Positions 9,586 to 20,749 of a DNA stretch of 64,000 nt are shown here, piece by piece (position 1 is the stretch's first letter; the number at the start of each line of letters is the position of its first letter). Origin of the DNA: TPA_inf: Saccharomyces. Taxonomy: Eukaryota. The position numbers and the translations under genes were made by a program. The stretch spans positions 576,001-640,000 of the forward strand of contig BK006949.2 in the NCBI GenBank assembly GCA_000146045.2, written 5' to 3'. The notes under the pieces were generated by a model. That model saw only the letters and a program-made list of their open reading frames with translations. It searched no databases and was not told the DNA's origin.

Positions 9586-12500
9586 GTAATTTACTTTAGT
9601 GGCGTTTACTGCTATTTTTCGAAGGTAGGTGATGAACTTGTGTTATAACTAAGAAGCTCAAAACTAAAAGTATACTAATGTTTGAGGAATTATTGTGAAG
9701 CCATAGAACAATAAAAAGCTAACAATTGTATCTTTCGTTCAACTTGTCAAACCCTGACAGGCATATAAAAGAGGTATTTTGAAACATCAACATGTAGTAG
9801 TCACATATATAGCAAAATAGTAAGTAAGGAAAAAAAGAAGGCACAGAGAATACAACAATAATGATGAAGGCACACGACTGCCCTTTCCGGGCCACCTGCA
9901 GATCTGTAAGGTAGTTCAAATGACGTTCTCGCGCGGGTTTCTTACTTATGAAACTTTAGGGACATAAGTCGGGAACCTGATGCATCATTCTTTATCTTGT
10001 TTTTTGTTGTTGTTTGAGTTTCTTGTACAGAATAATACGCAGAATTAAAGCGGAAGTTAAAAAACAGATCGTCTTGATCTGCCCTCAAAACCAGTATCCA
10101 CTGAAAACCTTATTTCCCACCGTAAATGGCAATCACTCGTAGCTCAAGGTGGAATGCTCCCGTAAGGATATTTCCTATATGAGATAGTCCCGATCCTGAG
10201 AAGAGGGATCGCCGTCATTTTATTCTTTAACCCCGAGAAACGGCATCTCTCACCTGATTGTTCTCAAGATTGCTGCAAAACCCAGATATACTTTTAGGTA
10301 CGGAGCGTACGCGATGTATATGGATTGATTTTCACATGTATCGTTTATGAGTACTTGACTGCACCTCGTGTCGGAAGATTTTCCAATCGGGCTTTTTTTC
10401 AATCTTGAAGGCCCTCCTTTTCATTTCCATTTGCTCTGACATTGCGGCTATGCATCACAGGCAAAAGCTGAAAAGGAAATTTTGTAGCGTATCGGTTTAC
10501 TGCACAGTCTCAGACCCTTTGTAGTACTGTTACCTGGAAGAATAGTAGGTGCGTACAACAGTGATTATGTAGTAGTATCTACTGAAGAGCCTACGAGCGA
10601 AAAAAAAAAAAATTATCGGCTACATTACGTTGTTTCCTACGGAGACAAGAACCAATATAAGCTGCAAAAAATCTATGAGCATTTTAAGTTTCCGATACAA
10701 CAAGATGTATGCGTACTATTCACGTCGTGTTATATTGCTCACGTAACAACTTCTATGACAATAATAAAAAATAACCTTTCCATTGTATCATTAAGGTTAT
10801 CTACGGAGGATTGTCAAACCTAGCGGATATGAAATGTACTTGATTCCTAATTCGGGTTTATTTAGAGTTCAGACTATGTGGGTCATTTCTTATGCTAATA
10901 ATAGGCACTGAGGTAAGTCAAAATAGCGACACTCAATTACTGTTGAATGGGAAGAAAAAACCGAGAAAGGGATACAGAGATCTTGCCCACGCCTTTTTTT
11001 CAAAAAGAGCCCTTCGCAAGGTTGCTCAACGGGATTGTCATAGAAAGAAAAAATCAAAGCCAATAACTACAAGGCCAAAAGTAATGGTAGGGAGCTACTA
11101 CAAAGTGGGCTCAGCCTACCTGAAGAAAATAAACAATTAATGGACAAGATCTGTTAGCGGACATACAAGAGATCAAATTACCTTCTGGTTAATGCTGTAG
11201 GCGAAGCAAACCATTCAATTGAGGAAACCTTATTCCCAATTGCGCTTTTGCTCCCTGGAAGCCTATAACAGCGTGTGGGCAAATAAAGTTGTTTTTCGCC
11301 CTCAGCGACTTTACTTCGGAAACTGAAGAGCGGCTAGAAATTTCGCAGAAAAGATTTTCCTTTGAGGATAGAAAAATGAAAAAAAGAAATTTATCTTTTT
11401 TCACAACAGGTGCTGCTTTTTCCTCACGTATGCACAGAATGCAAAGTACAAGATTTGTAATACGCGACTCCGCGCAGCTGTACTCTACTCCCAAGTCAGC
11501 GGAAAAAATGCAAGACATACAGAAAGTTGCCGCTTTATTGGCTATTTTTTTGGGCGACAGCCCTGGCTAGCCTCCTCATTGGGTTGTAGAGGAAACAAAA
11601 CTGAGATGTCTTTGGACTAATGTCAGCAATAATAACTCGTAAAATCAAGTCAGAATTTCTATCCATTCAATAGGTATTCATTGTTTATGAAACTAAGAAA
11701 CGAATGTAAATAATTCTGGGATATAACAAATAGTTCCCTTTGGATTACTTAAAACATAGTACTGCAGCTAAAATTTGTAAAAATGTTAACGTTTCTTTGC
11801 GTTGAGTAACTTGACCTTCACACGTAGTTGCAAGTACCGATGCAAAATTTTTACACTGGTGACAACCTTAATGGTATAATCCAATTAGCGACATCACCGA
11901 GAAAGTATCCAAGTCGATTTGATGAATAAAATAATAACTTAAACATTCAACGCCGTTTGTTAATACTGACACCTGAAGGAGAGTCAAAAAGGCAAACTTT
12001 CTTGCAACAATCATAAAGCTAAGGCACCGCTAGAGCTTACGATATTGGCCGCAAAAATAACTATTACACTTTTTCGTTTCTGTGGAAATGTAGGGTGATC
12101 AACTGGCTAATTGCTGCCTTTTAAGATATGCGGAGGAGATTGTGCAGCCATTTTCATTTTAGCGACTCATTGATGGAAGTATTCAAGTCAAGATCACTTG
12201 TTTAAATTCAAGACTACTGTTTAAATTCATAATTTTTTATTGCTATCTTTTTTTTACCACAGATCTGACCGACACTCCCGCTTATCGCCCATTGCGGCAT
12301 ATACTTAGGCAAGTCAAAAGCCGAGGACAGCAGTTGAAGACAGGCTACAATTTCTATAGTAGCTTTTTTTCGTTCCTAATTTCTCCAAACACTTTAAGTT
12401 TCTTGAAACGTAAATGATACTGCGAAAAATTTGATTTCGTTCTGAAGATACTATCAATTAAACGTGCACTAGGTGCTGTTCCCTCGATGAGCTGCCGCGC

Positions 12501-14282
12501 TAACCCGTACCCCCCAATTTTGAGCGATTTTAGTGAGTTGTGTTATATAATCCAGGGGTACTCTGCTCCGCGATTTGTGTGATAGCAGCCATAAATGCCC
12601 CACGCCAAAGTTCCACGTTCAAATAAAACTTACATCAAAAATTCTTTCTCTTTGAAGTAAATATGCGTGGGGATTGCTGAATAAGCAGCCCAGTGAACAT
12701 CAGCGCTTTCTGTAAATCATTTATCAGCTAACAATAATTACATAATATAAACCTCCAATAACTGTCCTGCTAGTGGCACGTTGTTGGCTGTCAGAAACGA
12801 AATGTGGGTCCTATTTACCCCTTGGTTTTAGTATGGGAGCACGAATGGTAAACACCTTCTCATAAAATAACTGATAACGTCTTAAAGCGACCAAATACTT
12901 TATTGTTGCGGGCAAACATTATTGTTAAATGCGTGGTCTAGAAGTAAAATTTTCTGCATAGTTCACTGTTATGTAAATTTTGAACTTGAAATCTTTTCTT
13001 AGAAAGAGTCTGTCATCCTTGGAAACATTGCTGACCAAGAATACGATATTGTGAGAAGACATTGTACCCAAAAAAAATTTTTCATTCCTATAGTTTGGAT
13101 TGGAGATGATTCAAACACAGCATATTCATGTGTTACCTTCCCGGTTATGCACGAGGTCAATGAGACCGTTCCCTTGTGTTGTACCAGTGGTAGGGTTCTT
13201 CTCGGTAGCTTCTCCGCAATAAGAATGATTGAATCATATTGTAACATTAGATTTTGGCCTTTCACTAATTACCGTAGGTAATTTTGTTGGTTAAACTGAC
13301 AAAGAATAAGAGTTTAACCAACAAAATTAAGTCTTGGTGCATTGAATGGAAGAAAAGATGATACAACGCCAACCTAAAGAGTGGAAAGCGTTCTTTCAAA
13401 TGAGGGTAGTAGGAAATTCAGCGGGAAAGTTTGAAAATGTGGTGGTAAAACAATAATCCTGGTTTTTCTTTGTTATCCGATAGGAAATTTATCCCCTTCT
13501 ATGTTCCACTAATCACTTCATGGGTTGACTATCACTAGCGCATGAACTCCTTTTGACCAATAATAAGCACAATACTAAAGGTTGTGGTAATTGATAAATA
13601 AAGACTTCCATTGAAATGACAGAAACGATATGTATGAATCAGAATATCAAGCATGGATATATCATTGCGCTCAAACTTAGTCAAATTCCTTTGTTTTCTT
13701 AGTTTGTTATGACTCCCTTGACGTAATTATTCTTGCATTAATTTTGAGCTTCTGTAAACTTCATTGTTCCAATGGATCATTATATATTAACAACGTTGGC
13801 ATATACGTGACCGCAATTTGAACTACCTACATTTAACATACTTTTGTAGAGGAAAGAGGCTGTTTGTTCTTTAACCATGATTATACCAATTTAACCTTTT
13901 TTTTTTTTTTGATAGTGAACTGCATACTAGTCAGGTAATTGAATTCCTGGTACAGAGATTCATCAAGACATCCGTGTCGGCAACGTTGTACTAAATGAAA
14001 AGGTCCTTTGTCTTACGAACTAGACAGAATAAAATGTATCGTGCGGCAGTATAGAACCGTATTACAAATGCTGATGCATTCGCAAACAAATTTCTTGTAG
14101 AAATTATAATTCGAACAAAAATCCTCTCACTATTCAAAAATCGGAAGTCAGTAAAAATTGATTGTTGGCTACATGTAATATATTATATGGAACTAATACA
14201 TATCTATACTCATTTTACTTGGTAAAAAGTGTCACACCTACATCAAAATCACACTGAAAACAAAATATTCTAAACAATGCTT

Positions 14283-15026
14283 TCACTGATGTTTTTTCTT
14301 TGCTATTTTCTTTTGATGGGTTCTTAAATGCCTTAACATGTTACTCTTGACATTGAAAGATTTGTTGCAATGCTCCCAAGTACATTTGAAAGGTGTGTCT
14401 CCCGTATGTATTAAGTAATGAGTCCTCAGTGTTGAAGGTCTCGAACAAACCTTCCCACAGATAGGACATTGTTTCCGTAGCTTTACCACAGCGCGCAGTT
14501 GCTTTTGTATAAGATCTAAGTCGGTTTGTGTTTGGGATAATAGCGTCCCAGGATTTTGCCCTATATGCACATTCGGGAGGGAGTACTGCTCGTTGCTCAC
14601 CGCTCTGTGGTTTTCCTCCTGAAAATGCTGCATTGATGGAGGTACAGATTGGGCAGTATAAGAGGAAGCTGCCGTTGAATAAATAGGGCAACAAGATTGA
14701 CGTTCAACGAACGTTAAAGGGAAAGGTTGCGGTGTTGCTATAACCGGCGAAAAGATAATAGAGTTGGGACTTGATCTCCATACGGGATCCTCTGTCTGAT
14801 GCAGAGAAGAAGGTGCGTAATGGTAAGCGGGAGGTGGTAGTGCGGCCTGGTTTATTTCAGGAGTAAGTGGAGCGTGCATAATCGACGAACAAGGTGGAAG
14901 ATGCACTTCCCTTTTGGTCGTGTTCGAGACTTCCTTTGAAGATTGCGCATAGGATCCCCCTATGTTAGACGATGAACATTTCATTGGGCTACAAAGCATA
15001 GATTCTAGCGTTTTTGTTCTCCACAT
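14283..15026 (-). CDS. YPR015C: YPR015C, C2H2 zinc-finger protein and paralog of CMR3, 247 aa
   Basis: ATG verified at 15026. The C-terminal CPICGKVCSRPSTLRTHYLIH and FKCTWEHCNKSFNVKSNMLRHLRTH fingers are near-identical to CMR3, including at nucleotide level. Confidence 0.9.
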   Translation of the reverse strand: MWRTKTLESMLCSPMKCSSSNIGGSYAQSSKEVSNTTKREVHLPPCSSIMHAPLTPEINQAALPPPAYHYAPSSLHQTEDPVWRSSPNSIIFSPVIATPQPFPLTFVERQSCCPIYSTAASSYTAQSVPPSMQHFQEENHRAVSNEQYSLPNVHIGQNPGTLLSQTQTDLDLIQKQLRAVVKLRKQCPICGKVCSRPSTLRTHYLIHTGDTPFKCTWEHCNKSFNVKSNMLRHLRTHQKKIAKKKHQ

Positions 15027-15720
15027 TTAATTAGTGTTGAAGATGAAAATTTATGTATATTAAAAGTTAGAAACGGGTCAATGAAGACGTTTGCTTATCG
15101 TATTGGATCCTTGCAATGCCCTCCAAAAAGAAGAAAAAAGTTGGACCAAGAAAACAATTATAATTTTGTAATTTGAAATATCTACCAATGAGGTCAAAAG
15201 AGCGACAACAACTAGCGCTTATATAATATAAAGAATTCTTGGGACTGTATCTCATGGCAACCAAATGCCGTTCATATTTAGGGTTTCAGTGGGAAAAGAT
15301 TTCCGGTGCTTTACGCTCCTTGTACAAACAAGTGCTGCGAAACTTTCTGTGGAAATCGTGCCTTTTAAACCATTAGTGAAGGCTCCAGATAGAGTTGTCA
15401 CAGAAAACAGCGTGGCGGACTTATTTTTTTGCAACGATTTTCTGGAAACAATAGAGGAAGAATTTTTGGCGTACGAAAAGGAACGATGCCCCCAACACCT
15501 CAACAATACTACGGAAGTTTCTTCGAGCGGAAAAACATCGAAATACTAGCTGTTTCTGGATATGAGAGTGGGTATGCGTGGCAATGGAACTCAGGGAGTT
15601 GTTGCTATTTCAGTGAGTACGATGGATCAGGGTGTTTATATCTCAAGAACTACCAAGTTGAAGAGATGAAACGTAGTTCGCTTGATAGCACATAAATGGA
15701 CGGCTGACTTGTTGTACACC

Positions 15721-15743
15721 ATATATATATATATATATATATA
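15721..15743. repeat. (AT)11 dinucleotide microsatellite
   Basis: atatatatatatatatatatata lies in the YPR015C upstream region. Confidence 0.9.
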
Positions 15744-16331
15744 ATTTTACGGCTCACTTCTGTACCGCTTGTGAAAATCTTACCGCACAACCCCCGGTGT
15801 TCTATTAGCTTTGTTCGATTTTATTAATCTTTGCCAAGAGATACTACTCTCCGGGTTCTGGTGGAGACAATAGTATGTCCTAGCAGCTAGACAAAAAAGC
15901 CTTCAAATGGTCTACGTGCGGTGCAATTTTTCTTGGAGAAGTTCTATATTGTCTAACAGATACTTGGAACTGAGCAAGTTGTCAGAATAGTCGGAGAAGC
16001 GGACGGAAAATCCATATTATGCAAAGAATTTGCTTAGAAACCCGTTACATATGCTTCGAACAAAGTGACTACATGTTACAATTAAGACGCCTACTTAAAC
16101 TGCAATGAATAGTCACCCATAGGTATAAGAAAAAAAAAAAAAATAAAAGAGTACATAATATACATACAACTAAAATTAAAATGCATAGAAACCTAAGAAA
16201 AAATATTTGTTATACCAAAAAAAATACCACAAATGATACGTAAGAAGATTATTGCAACATGGGGACTCTTTCGCATACAACTGTAAACAGACTTGAGGAA
16301 GGAGGGGAATCCCCTCAGGAGTACCTGACAT

Positions 16332-17069
16332 CTATGAGTAGGTTTCAATCAAAGTATCACGTAGGTTACCTGAAATGGATTCTGGTTGGGCATCTTGCAA
16401 GCGGAAAATACTTTCAATAACACTCAATTCTGGGGCTGTAGTATCCAGACCTGTAACTGCCAAGTAATCGTTCACAACCATACCGGCACCGACAACTGAA
16501 CTACCACGGTTAACGGTACCAGCCACCAAAGGAACTTGTAATAAGGAGGACAATTCTTCTTGATCTTGGACACTTGTTTGTGGATGCACTAACCCACCTT
16601 GATTACTTAAAGAACAATATGACCCAACTAAGATATTACCTGATATGGTTTGACGGAAGACCTCAACGCCTAGTACATCACTTATCAATTCTTCAGTTTC
16701 TCTGTCGATATCTGGATGCACTAAAGCAACGTAATCATTACAACAGATGACGTTACCCAAGGCAGATAGTCTTTCCTCTACCCTTTGAATCTTAACGGAA
16801 TCCGGCAAACTATTTCTTAAATGTTGTAATTCTTGATCAGTAGTTTGGGTTGGAACTAGCAGACCTCTACGGTTACCCGCGGTCATTCTACCGATGATAC
16901 GCGTACCAGCAATAGTGGTATGAACGATGGGAATAGCATCTCCTAATTCAGCTTCAAATGCAGAGTAAAAGTTTTCAGAACCACCAACAGCAACCAAACA
17001 GTAAGTATTCGTTAATTTGGAGAATACACCGATTTCATTGGAGTTTTCAAATTGAGTCCTGGTAGCCAT
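16332..17069 (-). CDS. TIF6: TIF6 (YPR016C), eIF6 60S subunit biogenesis and anti-association factor, 245 aa
   Basis: [35 protein letters not shown]... is a full-length eIF6 fold. The ATG at 17069 was verified. Confidence 0.95.
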   Translation of the reverse strand: MATRTQFENSNEIGVFSKLTNTYCLVAVGGSENFYSAFEAELGDAIPIVHTTIAGTRIIGRMTAGNRRGLLVPTQTTDQELQHLRNSLPDSVKIQRVEERLSALGNVICCNDYVALVHPDIDRETEELISDVLGVEVFRQTISGNILVGSYCSLSNQGGLVHPQTSVQDQEELSSLLQVPLVAGTVNRGSSVVGAGMVVNDYLAVTGLDTTAPELSVIESIFRLQDAQPESISGNLRDTLIETYS

Positions 17070-17255
17070 TATTGTTTTCTAGAGTTAGTTGAATTATGCT
17101 CTTGTTCCAAATACTCTGTCGTATTGCTTCTTGTAATTATACTATAAGACCAACGAGGGATGAGGCTTCTTTTAATTATGCAATATTGAATATTGCGTTA
17201 CATACAGTAAAAGAAAAAATCTGCACAAAGGAATATGGGTTTAAATCTTTAATTA

Positions 17256-17313
17256 ATAAAAATTTTCCGAAAATTTTCGTTTGGCCCTCGGAAAAAACGG
17301 GTAATGCTCATCC
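17256..17313 (-). promoter_or_regulatory. Tandem RRPE (AAAAATTTTC, twice) and PAC-like (GGATGAGCA on the minus strand) motifs in the TIF6 promoter
   Basis: ataaaaattttccgaaaattttcg at 17256-17279 and tgctcatcc at 17305-17313 lie 190-245 bp upstream of the TIF6 ATG. This is the RiBi regulon signature. Confidence 0.5.
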
Positions 17314-17485
17314 ATTAGGATTTCGTCCAGAATGCCTATATTATTACATAAAGTGATGCTAGTAATGTAAACCAGAACTACTTCTATAGCTTGTTATAGG
17401 TGGCCCATGCCAGTGAAATAGGTGGTTGGTTACTCTTTTTTTTTTCTGGTGGCGGCAACCTATTTTTGTTCTAGTGCCTACCAAA

Positions 17486-17917
17486 CTAATTCCTTCCCAT
17501 AATTTGAAGGCTTCGCAAGCTTAGTAGATGCAAAACTCTTTCTTCATTCTTTGTCTGATCTTGCACCTTACATATTATTCCAATAGGACCTTTATCACAA
17601 TCAGCGCATATCAAATATTTCAAGCACTTTTTAATCTTCCAGCTGGAATTACCATACTCAAAGACAAAATCACTCTTATCACTCAAATCCCCTAATATAG
17701 AAGAAGGAATTTCTCTAGATACACCAACATTATCAAAGTCCCAAACATCAGGGACGACCAAGAAGTTGCTCTCGCTGGGGGTAGCATCTCGCATAGTTCT
17801 GTTTTCCAGCAACTTGAATTCGCTGTGCACCTGCTCTGGTAAGTTTATTATGTTATCATCGTTGATGGTAATAACTGCACTATGACAGCCCTCAAAGGAA
17901 CACGTAGCCTTGCTCAT
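17486..17917 (-). CDS. DSS4: DSS4 (YPR017C), Mss4-like guanine-nucleotide exchange factor for Sec4, 143 aa
   Basis: 143-aa ORF with Mss4-like Zn-binding cysteines (CSFEGC...CADCDKGPIG). ATG verified at 17917. Confidence 0.9.
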   Translation of the reverse strand: MSKATCSFEGCHSAVITINDDNIINLPEQVHSEFKLLENRTMRDATPSESNFLVVPDVWDFDNVGVSREIPSSILGDLSDKSDFVFEYGNSSWKIKKCLKYLICADCDKGPIGIICKVQDQTKNEERVLHLLSLRSLQIMGRN

Positions 17918-18240
17918 GTTCTCTGTTATTCCCCCATTTTTCCAGCCCTTTTAATTGAACTTTCTACTCATACCAGTCAAGTTTTTGATATGTACTTCAT
18001 TAATTAAAATGATCGATATATAATCGTTCAGTACGACAATGACGATATTCACAGTACTACTAAACTAGCGGGTCCCCGGCGCCCAGTCAGCCTTTACGAA
18101 GAGAAAGGAAGAATGATATGGATATGCTGAAAAGTATTTTGATACAGAAGAAGGGAGTTTTGAGTTGTCGGGCTCATCGTGCTGGATCAAGTGGTTCCCT
18201 ACCTGGCGCGATCTATAGTGTCAGACGGCTTGCATATATG

Positions 18241-18260
18241 CTCACGCGTTCGGACGCGTG
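18241..18260. promoter_or_regulatory. Two MCB (ACGCGT) MluI cell-cycle boxes in an inverted-repeat arrangement upstream of RLF2
   Basis: ctcACGCGTtcggACGCGTga. The ACGCGT cores are at 18244-18249 and 18254-18259, about 220-230 bp upstream of the RLF2 ATG. The 8-bp arms TCACGCGT and ACGCGTGA are perfect inverted repeats. Confidence 0.6.
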
Positions 18261-18475
18261 AAAGGCTTCAACTGAAAAAAAGAAAGATCTACATCGTTAA
18301 ACCAAAAGGTTTGCGAACTGACTAAAAAATAAAATTCTTATTGGTTCCACTTCTTGAAATACATCATTTTTCCAGCCAATTCGTTGAGGAGAAGAACATT
18401 CTGTTATTGCTGTTACAGAGAATTATATGTTTTAGTGAACCTCAAGACAGAAGAGAATCGAAAGGAAAAGGGAAA

Positions 18476-20296
18476 ATGGAGCAACATCTCAAATCAATTC
18501 CTCTACAGGACGACACTAAGAAAAAAGGCATACTATCTTTTTTCCAGAATACAACTACGGTAAAGAGTAATAAGTTTCTCACGAAAGAGAAGGATGTCAT
18601 CACTCTAGATGATCCTAAAGAGGATGTCAGTGGACCTATGATAGAAACTGTTAAACAAGAAACCATGAAAAGCATCAATAAAGAGTGTGCAGATGAAATG
18701 AAAACGACACCTAAGAAGGCCAATGCTGAAGACAAGCTTTTATGCTACAAAAATTCACCCATACAAAGTACAAAATACGATAGAAACACCAACAAACAAG
18801 TACCCAATGGAAATATAATAGCTATCGAGACAAAAAGCAGAAGCTCTTCTCCATGCTCTAAGAGAGAACTTTCCTCATCGAAAAAGGAAGAAGCTAAAAG
18901 AGAAAAGGAACTAAAAAAGCAGCAACGTGCAGAAGAGAAACACAGAAAAGAGTTATTACGACAAGAAGAGAAAAAGAAAAAAGAGCTAAAGGTAGAAGAG
19001 GAAAGACAAAGGCGTGCTGAGCTGAAAAAGCAAAAGGAAGAGGAAAAGCGTAGAAAGGAAGAAGCCAGATTAGAAGCCAAAAGAAGAAAAGAGGAGGAAA
19101 GATTGAAAAAGGAGGAGGAAATACGTTTGAAAGAAGAAGCCAAGGAAAGAGCACAATCCCGTATTGGTAACTTCTTTAAAAAACTAAGCGATTCTAATAC
19201 GCCTGTGGTTGAAAAGTCGGATTATGAAAAATTTTTTCTACCTTTCTATGCTAAAGATGGAGTTAGAGTCAGTAATAAGTGGAAACTAACAAAAGTGGAG
19301 CTGGAAGGTAGCAAAAGAAAAATAGATGATGAATTACTGAACAGTAAAGATAAAACAAGTAGTGACGACTTATTGAATTGGTTACAGTCTAGAAGATTAC
19401 CTAGAGGACATAAAATTAAACGTAAAGCTGTTGACGTTCTACAGCAAATGCCTTTGAAGGAGAAAACAGACGATGAGCTCCAATCTTTACTTGCACAAGT
19501 TCCGCACAAATATATAAAATTCTACGAAAATGTTAGACCTCCGTTTATCGGAACCTATTCTATGGACTTTACTTTGCCACCAAACGATCCCTTTTCTACG
19601 AAAGGTACTGGATTCAATTATGATTACGATTCTGACGTTGAATGGGTTAATGAAGAAGAAGAAGGCGAAGTCGATAACTTAGAAAGTGGTGAAGAGGAGG
19701 AGGAGGAGGAAGATGATGAAGACGTACCTAGCGAAGGAGAGTTTGACGGGTTTCTAGACAGCGAAGAAAACAGTGATTTGGATGGCCTACCCTGCGCCAA
19801 GAGAAAATTTGTAGGCCCATTGATACCAACAATATGCCTAAAATCCAATTTTGAAAACTTATCAGAGGAAAATAAACGATACTTACAACAACTCAAGGCC
19901 GAAGTTATCATAGAAACCGACGGGCCAATCGATCCATTCAAAGAACCCAAAACATCGTCTCTACCATCCAAAAGAAGTAATTCCGACTTACAGGCACAGA
20001 CCGCTAGCCAATCTCAAAGTCCCGAAAAGAAACAAAAAGCAATGATTACAGACCCCATGGACTTACTTCGACTTTTTGATGGGGTTCAAGACAGCACGTT
20101 TTCTTTGGGTACTGTGACTGAAATAGCACAGAAAAATTTGCCGCAATACAACAAACAAACAATTAAAAACACCATAAAGGAATATGCCATAAGAAGTTCT
20201 GGAAAGGGTGATTTGCCCCGCAAATGGGTAATCAAAGACGCACAAAACTGGGAGAATCTTCGAGCCAATGCAAATATGCCAACCCCGTCTTTGTAA
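18476..20296 (+). CDS. RLF2: RLF2/CAC1 (YPR018W), CAF-1 large subunit, 606 aa
   Basis: Track ORF is 651 aa. The first ATG at 18476 ([11 protein letters not shown]...) gives 606 aa. It has a K/E/R-rich coiled region (KER) and an acidic E/D block ([24 protein letters not shown]). Confidence 0.9.
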
Positions 20297-20749
20297 CTTG
20301 AACGGATCTTTAGTATATAGAAACATACAGATAAACTGATTATTTATTGGTATACATGAAAAAGGCGACAACACTACGATCGACAGTCAAGCCTTTTGGA
20401 CTTTGAATAAAATCCAGCACTTCTCGCATGCAACAAAAGAAAATCTTCTATATAAGCTGAACTACATTTATCTGTGTCAGCCAACTGCATGTTTTATATC
20501 ACTTCTTTTTGGAATATTACGAGTAGATTCATGAAAACGCAAACACTTGGTTTACTCTTTCGGGAAATTTAATGCTAGTTCGCCGCCTCGAAAATGAAAA
20601 GAGAAGAAGAGACCAGAAGAGCAACTTCGCATTGGCACTGTTTATTTCTTTAAGAACATCTTCAATACTAAATAAGACAACCCATCTTCAGTTATTTTTA
20701 CTCTTGGTAGAGCCCAACTTAGGATCCTTTTGAACCTCAAGAACTTAAA

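Noticed and set aside
11189-11518. 109-aa minus-strand ORF in the ORF desert (position of dubious YPR014C), and the overlapping 93-aa plus-strand ORF
   Set aside because: The two frames overlap each other on opposite strands with no codon bias or motif. Most likely they are noncoding.
14341-14694. 117-aa alternative-frame ORF overlapping YPR015C
   Set aside because: It lies on the same strand in an overlapping frame inside a clearly homologous zinc-finger CDS. It is an artefact.
18745-19154. Antisense ORFs of 132 and 86 aa inside RLF2
   Set aside because: They are by-products of purine-rich, low-complexity sense coding sequence. Their S/F/L-rich translation has no sequence complexity.
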